Shown piece after piece: positions 6,915 through 11,727 of a stretch of 11,727 nucleotides of DNA. The notes under the pieces were generated by a model. The model ran no database searches, had not been told where the DNA came from, and saw only the letters and a list, made by a program, of their open reading frames with translations. Numbering within the stretch: the first letter of the stretch is position 1; every line of letters begins with the position of its first letter. The DNA is from a virus: the UHGV virus genome UHGV-0322023, one strand, 5' to 3'. Position numbers and translations under genes: made by a program.

Positions 6915-8030
6915 ATGTCAGCCATTCACATTTTTAAAGCCGGTACTCATACCGATATGCACGGCAAAAAACTGCCGTTCACGCCAGACGATCTTGCCGC
7001 CTGCGTGAAAGCCTATGACCCGTCCGTCCATGAAGCACCACTCGTGATTGGTCATCCCAGAACGGAAGACCCGGCGTGGGGCTGGGTGAAAGCCCTGTCG
7101 CTCAGCGGCGTCGATCTGATGGCAGAGCCTGCCCAGCTGGACCCGCAGTTTGCTGAGATGGTCACCGACGGACGATTCAAAAAAGTGTCCGCCTCTTTCT
7201 ACCTCCCGGATTCACCGTCCAATCCGAAGCCCGGCGTGCTCTACCTGCGCCATGTGGGCTTTCTCGGGGCACAGCCACCTTCCGTCAAGGGGCTGAAACA
7301 GGTGTCCTTCAGTGAGCAGGAAGAAGGTGTGGTGGAGTTCGCCGACTGGCAGGCCATCACGAATGCCTCCCTGTGGGGAAAGCTGCGCGATTTTCTGATC
7401 GCCCGCTTCAGTCTGGACGAAGCAGAAAAAGTCCTGCCGGAATGGCAGCTCAACAATCTGCGCGAAGAGGCGTACCGCGACACACCGTCGCAGGATGCAG
7501 CAGGTGCACAATTCAGTGAGACAGGCCCGGGGCCGTCTTCCGCAAGTAACGAGGAATCATCGATGACAAAAGAAGAGATTGAAGCCCTTCAGGAGGAGAA
7601 CCGCCGCCTGAAGCAGCAGGCTGCTGATCGCGATGCGCGTGATGCACAGGTCAGACAGGAGCAACTGCATAAGGACAATGTGGCCTTTGCAGAAAAACTG
7701 GTCGCAGAGGGCCGTCTGGCTCCCCGCGCCTCCTCCGTGGTGGTTGCCCTGCTGGATGCCGTCGCCGGTGGCGACAAGCCGGTGGAGTTTGCTGAGGGGG
7801 AAAGCCGCACACCGCTGGCGACCGCCTTTCGTTCATTGCTCTCCGACGGGGAGCCGGTGATGAATTTCGCCGAACAGGCCACAAAGGAGCGTGTCGGCGA
7901 CACGGTGAAGGTGGATGTGACGGAGTTTGCGGAAGCCGATCCTGAGCGTCTGGCCCTGCATCAGAAAGCAGTGGCCCTGTCGAAAAAAGAAGGCATCAGC
8001 TATGAGGCTGCTGTCGCACGCTGCCTGTAA
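6915..8030 (+). CDS. Prohead protease/scaffold protein (Mu I-like)
   Basis: 371-aa ORF. N-terminal domain (MSAIHIFKAGTHTDMHGKKLPF...PLVIGHP) is typical of Mu I-like proteases; C-terminal third is acidic, helical and coiled-coil-like (EEIEALQEENRRLKQQAADRDARDAQVRQEQ), as expected for a scaffold. Directly upstream of the major head gene. Confidence 0.85.
   Translation: MSAIHIFKAGTHTDMHGKKLPFTPDDLAACVKAYDPSVHEAPLVIGHPRTEDPAWGWVKALSLSGVDLMAEPAQLDPQFAEMVTDGRFKKVSASFYLPDSPSNPKPGVLYLRHVGFLGAQPPSVKGLKQVSFSEQEEGVVEFADWQAITNASLWGKLRDFLIARFSLDEAEKVLPEWQLNNLREEAYRDTPSQDAAGAQFSETGPGPSSASNEESSMTKEEIEALQEENRRLKQQAADRDARDAQVRQEQLHKDNVAFAEKLVAEGRLAPRASSVVVALLDAVAGGDKPVEFAEGESRTPLATAFRSLLSDGEPVMNFAEQATKERVGDTVKVDVTEFAEADPERLALHQKAVALSKKEGISYEAAVARCL
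7563..8030 (+). CDS. Possible nested, in-frame scaffold protein (Mu Z-like) from an internal start in the protease gene
   Basis: In-frame ATG at 7563 preceded by GAGGA (7551-7555) with about 7-nt spacing. The product (MTKEEIEALQEENRRLKQQ...) would be exactly the coiled-coil scaffold-like C-terminal domain. Confidence 0.4.
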   Translation: MTKEEIEALQEENRRLKQQAADRDARDAQVRQEQLHKDNVAFAEKLVAEGRLAPRASSVVVALLDAVAGGDKPVEFAEGESRTPLATAFRSLLSDGEPVMNFAEQATKERVGDTVKVDVTEFAEADPERLALHQKAVALSKKEGISYEAAVARCL

Positions 8031-8043
8031 TTAAGGAGAGAGC

Positions 8044-8997
8044 ATGTCTGATTACTTAAAAGGTAAACGTGTCGTTGATCCGGTACTGACCAGTATCGCC
8101 CGAGGCTATAAAAATGCCGCATTCATCGGCGAACGTATTTTCCCCGTCGTGCTGACGGACAAGGAAGGCGTGCGTGTGCCGACCTTCGGGAAAACCGCCT
8201 TTGTGGAATATGACACCGAGCGTGCCGTCGGGGCGGACAGCAATGTTCTGGTCCGTGAGAAAACCGGCACGCTTGATCTGGTGCTGGGTGAGCACGATCT
8301 GGCTGCGCCGGTGGACTATCGCGAACAGGCGGAGTCCATGTTTAACGAAGAGAGCAAGGCCATCCGTCGCGCCACGAACGGCGTGAACCTGCGCCGTGAA
8401 CTTATCGCTGCCCGTCTGGCTCAGGATGAAAAGGTCTACCGTACCGGGCACGTCAAAAAACTGACAGCCAGTGATCGCTGGGCCGGTGGTAAAGGGGACC
8501 CCATCGGGGTGATTGAAGCCGGTATGGAAGCGGTCCGTACGGCCACGGGGCTGCGTCCTAACCTGATGACCATGGGGGCCGGCGTGATGGCGCTGCTGAA
8601 GTTCCACCCGGCGATTCAGGCCGCCATCGGAGCCAACGAACGCAAGCGCATCACCACAGAGATCCTGCAGGACCTCTTTCAGATCGAAGAGGTCGTCATC
8701 GGTGCCCCGGTCTCCCTGCCGTCCATGAAAGCGGCAATGGATAAGAACAGCGTGCCGGCGGATATCTGGGGAGACAATCTGATGCTGCACTATGTCGGCA
8801 AACCGCAGCCGGGGGCGGACAGCGCGGACGAGAACGAGCCGTCCTTCGGCTACACCCTGCGTCGTAAGGGGATGCCTGTTGCCGACAAATACGACGGAGC
8901 CGGTGGCAAGGTGAAGTACTGCCGTTATACCGATATCTACAAAGTCGCCGTGGTTGGTGGCGATGCCGGGTATCTCATCACCGGTATCAGTAAATAA
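8044..8997 (+). CDS. Major head (capsid) subunit (Mu T-like)
   Basis: 317-aa ORF with AAGGAG at 8032-8037, immediately downstream of the protease/scaffold gene. Size and position match the Mu T major head protein. Confidence 0.8.
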   Translation: MSDYLKGKRVVDPVLTSIARGYKNAAFIGERIFPVVLTDKEGVRVPTFGKTAFVEYDTERAVGADSNVLVREKTGTLDLVLGEHDLAAPVDYREQAESMFNEESKAIRRATNGVNLRRELIAARLAQDEKVYRTGHVKKLTASDRWAGGKGDPIGVIEAGMEAVRTATGLRPNLMTMGAGVMALLKFHPAIQAAIGANERKRITTEILQDLFQIEEVVIGAPVSLPSMKAAMDKNSVPADIWGDNLMLHYVGKPQPGADSADENEPSFGYTLRRKGMPVADKYDGAGGKVKYCRYTDIYKVAVVGGDAGYLITGISK

Positions 8998-9006
8998 GGA
9001 GGCGTT

Positions 9007-9345
9007 ATGGGAACCACTCAGCAGGTCATTCTGATCACAACCGTAACGGCAGGGGCAGCACTGGCACAGCAGCGTTTTGTCGGGGCAGATAATACCCCCT
9101 GTAAAGCCGGTGCTGCAGCGCTCGGGGTTGCCGAAGTGGATGCTGTTACCGGTGACAGCACGCCGGTGAACGTTCTGGGCATTATTGCTGTCGAGGCCGG
9201 GGCCGCTGTCAGCCGTGGTGTGGCTGTACAGTCTGATGCTCAGGCCAGAGCCGTGCCGCAGTCCGGCGACGGTAAACCCTGTGGTATTGCCCTGGATGAA
9301 GCCACAGCAGAAGGCGACGTCATTCGTATCCTGCGCGGGGTGTGA
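9007..9345 (+). CDS. Small Gly/Ala/Val-rich protein (DUF2190-like), candidate capsid decoration/cement protein
   Basis: 112-aa ORF with a strong SD (AAGGAGG 8996-9002, 4 nt before ATG 9007). Strongly biased composition (A/G/V) with repeated GVA-type motifs, the pattern seen in small proteins encoded next to major capsid genes. Confidence 0.55.
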   Translation: MGTTQQVILITTVTAGAALAQQRFVGADNTPCKAGAAALGVAEVDAVTGDSTPVNVLGIIAVEAGAAVSRGVAVQSDAQARAVPQSGDGKPCGIALDEATAEGDVIRILRGV

Positions 9346-9346
9346 C

Positions 9347-9793
9347 ATGTACTGCACCCTGGAGGATTTGCTTGAGCAGGTGCCGGAGCGGACGCTTATC
9401 GAGCTCACCAGCGAAGAGATGGACTTCGACTCGCCTGCGACAGTGAATACCCGTGTGGTGGAGAGCTGTATCCGCTATGCCGACGAGCTGATTGATGCCC
9501 ATCTGCGCGGACGCTATATCCTGCCGCTGGCGGAGATACCGACCGTTCTGCGGGACATTGCCATCACGCTGGTCCGTTACCGGCTCTACGCCCGCCGCCC
9601 GGAAGGAGACCTCCCGGATACGGTGAAGGATGACCACAAAGAAGCGCTGCGGCAACTGAAGGAGTTACGTGATAACAGGCTCACGCTGGGGCTGCCGTCC
9701 ACTCAGAAAGATGTGCCTGAACCTGGCGAGTTTCGTGTACGCAGCCGCCCGGCCACTTTCGGCGGTCGTGACGGTTTACTGGAGAAATACTGA
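9347..9793 (+). CDS. Mu gp36-like protein (DUF1320 type), putative head-tail connector/head completion protein
   Basis: First ATG at 9347, 1 nt after the upstream stop; the track start at 9185 lies inside the upstream gene. N-terminus MYCTLEDLLEQVPERTLIELT is typical of DUF1320/gp36-type proteins, and the position after the capsid gene fits. Confidence 0.7.
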   Translation: MYCTLEDLLEQVPERTLIELTSEEMDFDSPATVNTRVVESCIRYADELIDAHLRGRYILPLAEIPTVLRDIAITLVRYRLYARRPEGDLPDTVKDDHKEALRQLKELRDNRLTLGLPSTQKDVPEPGEFRVRSRPATFGGRDGLLEKY

Positions 9794-10257
9794 TGAACGT
9801 TCTGCCCGTCCTTGATGCGGTACTGGCCCGGTTACGCGAGAAGCTGCCGCAACTGCAGGTGGAGTACTTCCCGGAGAAACCAGCTGAATACCGACTGAAT
9901 CATCCGGCCGGGGCGCTGCTGGTGAGCTATGCCGGGTCGCGCTTCGATAAGCCGGATGATACCGGTGCGGTACTCCAGTCTCAGACTATCCAGCTCTGCG
10001 TCACGGTGGTCTTTCGCCAGCTCAACGGTAAAAGAGGCGCGATTAATATCCTGGATGCTGTCCGCCGCATTCTCGGTGGCTACACCCCGCCCGGGTGCCG
10101 CCGTCGCATCTGGCTGACCCGTGAGGTGTTTATCGGCGAAGTCAGAGGGCTGTGGCAGTACGCCCTCGACTTTGCCACAGAAAGCGTCTTTATCGAAGAC
10201 AGCGACTTACCGTCCGGCCCACTGTTAACCGAAGTGAACTATGAGGAAAGCGAGTGA
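9793..10257 (+). CDS. Mu gp37-like protein (DUF1834 type), putative head-tail joining/tail completion protein
   Basis: 154-aa ORF whose ATG overlaps the upstream stop (TGATG at 9791-9795). Placement between the gp36-like gene and the tail sheath matches Mu-like prophage synteny. Confidence 0.65.
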   Translation: MNVLPVLDAVLARLREKLPQLQVEYFPEKPAEYRLNHPAGALLVSYAGSRFDKPDDTGAVLQSQTIQLCVTVVFRQLNGKRGAINILDAVRRILGGYTPPGCRRRIWLTREVFIGEVRGLWQYALDFATESVFIEDSDLPSGPLLTEVNYEESE

Positions 10258-10508
10258 TGAAAGAATACCGCTATTCCGGCCCCGCCAGCGGTGTCACGCT
10301 GTCGGACGGAACCGAAATCCTGCTCTGGCCGGGGAAGACGGTTTCCCTGCCGGAGGAGCATGACTACGTGAAGGTACTGGTGGCGCTGAAGCACCTGACG
10401 CCGGTACCTGAAGAGACTAAACCCGCCGTCACACCGGCTGTGCAGTCACCAAAGCGCAGAAGCAGCAGTGACAGCGAAGTGAAAACGGAGGACTCCCATG
10501 GCAGCTAA
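10257..10508 (+). CDS. Small hypothetical protein (83 aa), possibly Mu gp38-like; Pro/Ser-rich charged C-terminus
   Basis: ATG 10257 overlaps the upstream stop (TGATG); the track start at 10254 is a GTG. GAGGA at 10242-10246. The C-terminal half is low-complexity (PEETKPAVTPAVQSPKRRSSSDSEVKTEDS). Overlaps the sheath start by 11 nt. Confidence 0.5.
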   Translation: MKEYRYSGPASGVTLSDGTEILLWPGKTVSLPEEHDYVKVLVALKHLTPVPEETKPAVTPAVQSPKRRSSSDSEVKTEDSHGS

Positions 10509-11727
10509 CTATCTGCATGGCGTCGAAACCATTGAGGTGGAAAACGGAGCCCGCCCGGTTAAAACGGTGAAATCTGCCGTTATTGGCCTGATTGGTACCG
10601 CCCCGATGGGGGACGTCAATACGCTGGTGCAGTGCCTGTCTGAGAAAGATGCTGCTGCGTTTGGCAACCAGCTCACCGGCTTTACCATTCCGCAGGCGCT
10701 GGATGCGATTTATGACCATGGTGCAGGCACCGTTCTGGTCATTAACGTGCTTGATCCGGCTGTGCATAAAACCGCTGTGGCCGATGAAGATGTAGCGTTC
10801 GACAAGGCGACGGGCAAGGCACAGCTGGCTAATCCGGTGGTCGCGCAGCTGGTACTGAAACCGGACAACGATGGCCAGCCTTATGTGGAAGGTCAGGACT
10901 ACTCGCTTGATGCACAGACCGGGGCGATTACCAACCTCGGTAAGAGCATCGCGGCAGATGCAACGGTGAAGGCCAGCTATAACTATGCTGATCCAACTAA
11001 AGTCACCCCGGCTGATATCATCGGTGCCGTTAACGCGGCGGGCAACCGTACCGGTATGAAGCTGCTTAACGACAGCTTCAACCTGTTTGGTTACTTCGCA
11101 AAAATCCTGATTGCCCCGGTATTCTGCACCCAGAACAGCGTCTCGGTTGAGCTTATCGCCATGGCTGAGAAGCTGGGCGCGGTGACTTACATCGACGCGC
11201 CGATTGGTACCACTTTTGCTCAGGCTCTGGCGGGGCGTGGCCCGGAAGGCACCATTAACTTCAACACCAGCTCCGACCGCGTCCGTCTGTGCTACCCGCA
11301 CGTCAAGGTGTACGACGCGGTCACCAACAGCGAACGGCTGGAGCCGCTGAGCCAGCGTGCTGCAGGTCTGCGTGCCAGGGTCGACATGGACAAGGGTTAC
11401 TGGTGGTCGTCCTCCAACCAGGAGATTCTGGGTATCACTGGTGTGGAGCGCCAACTGTCAGCAATGATTGACGACCCGCAGAGCGAGGTGAACCTGCTCA
11501 ACGAACAGGGGATCACCACGGTATTCAGCAGTTACGGCAGCGGCCTTCGTCTGTGGGGTAACCGGACGGCAGCATGGCCAACGGTCACCCATATGCGTAA
11601 CTTTGAGAACGTAGCTCAGCAACAGGTGCCCGGCGGCCAGCTCCGTCTCCGGATTGCGGGCCGGATCAAACCAGCAACGGAAGCCCAGTACCGCACCATC
11701 ACCAGTCATTTTGCGACCGTAGGCGTT
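10498..11727 (+). CDS. Tail sheath protein (Mu L-like / P2 FI-like contractile tail sheath), 3'-partial (runs off the window end)
   Basis: ATG 10498 with a strong SD (GGAGGA 10487-10492, 5-nt spacer) and an open frame for 410 codons to the window edge. N-terminus MAANYLHGVETIEVENGARPVKTV parallels the P2 FI N-terminus (..YHHGVQVLEINEGTRVISTV..); also AGLRARVDMDKGYWW and GLRLWGNRT match sheath motifs. Not in the ORF track because there is no stop codon in the window. Confidence 0.85.
   Translation, partial: MAANYLHGVETIEVENGARPVKTVKSAVIGLIGTAPMGDVNTLVQCLSEKDAAAFGNQLTGFTIPQALDAIYDHGAGTVLVINVLDPAVHKTAVADEDVAFDKATGKAQLANPVVAQLVLKPDNDGQPYVEGQDYSLDAQTGAITNLGKSIAADATVKASYNYADPTKVTPADIIGAVNAAGNRTGMKLLNDSFNLFGYFAKILIAPVFCTQNSVSVELIAMAEKLGAVTYIDAPIGTTFAQALAGRGPEGTINFNTSSDRVRLCYPHVKVYDAVTNSERLEPLSQRAAGLRARVDMDKGYWWSSSNQEILGITGVERQLSAMIDDPQSEVNLLNEQGITTVFSSYGSGLRLWGNRTAAWPTVTHMRNFENVAQQQVPGGQLRLRIAGRIKPATEAQYRTITSHFATVGV

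Noticed and set aside
9185-9346. Track start 9185 for the gp36-like ORF
   Set aside because: It would overlap the upstream DUF2190-like gene by about 160 nt in another frame. The first ATG (9347) gives an N-terminus (MYCTLEDLLEQ...) typical of this family.
8056-9408. 450-aa minus-strand ORF antisense to the major head and DUF2190-like genes
   Set aside because: Antisense shadow of well-supported + strand genes that have good Shine-Dalgarno sites; no RBS or operon logic supports it, and it spans a + strand gene boundary.
10429-11454. 341-aa minus-strand ORF in the tail sheath region
   Set aside because: The + strand encodes a recognisable tail sheath N-terminus and motifs with a strong SD; the minus-strand ORF is an antisense artefact.
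1-11727. Looked for CRISPR arrays, tRNA/rRNA genes, IS elements and defence or toxin-antitoxin cargo
   Set aside because: No direct-repeat/spacer periodicity, no tRNA-like or rRNA-like structured segments, and no ORFs with transposase, integrase, nuclease-NTPase or toxin-like features were seen; coding density on the + strand leaves no room for them.

Overview
This window reads as the late (lysis, head morphogenesis, start of tail) module of a Mu-like transposable prophage. All supported genes are on the + strand, tightly packed, and many are translationally coupled (ATGA or TAATG/TGATG stop-start overlaps). In order: a 5'-truncated SLT-domain lytic transglycosylase (endolysin), an Rz-like i-spanin with an Rz1-like lipoprotein o-spanin embedded in its +1 frame, two small unknown proteins, a Mu gp27-like small terminase, the large terminase, portal, Mu F-like head morphogenesis protein, G-like virion morphogenesis protein, a 214-bp AT-rich noncoding island, I-like protease/scaffold with a possible nested scaffold start, T-like major head protein, a small Gly/Ala/Val-rich protein, two connector/completion-type proteins, another small protein, and a tail sheath gene that runs off the 3' end. 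The sheath gene is absent from the ORF track because it has no stop in the window. I found no rRNA, tRNA, CRISPR array, transposase or obvious cargo such as a defence system. The parts most worth follow-up are the small uncharacterised ORFs around the lysis cassette, the three-frame overlapping coding in the lysis region, and the noncoding island upstream of the protease gene. Every family assignment comes from reading motifs and gene order by eye, with no database search, so they are hypotheses to be confirmed by HMM or BLAST.
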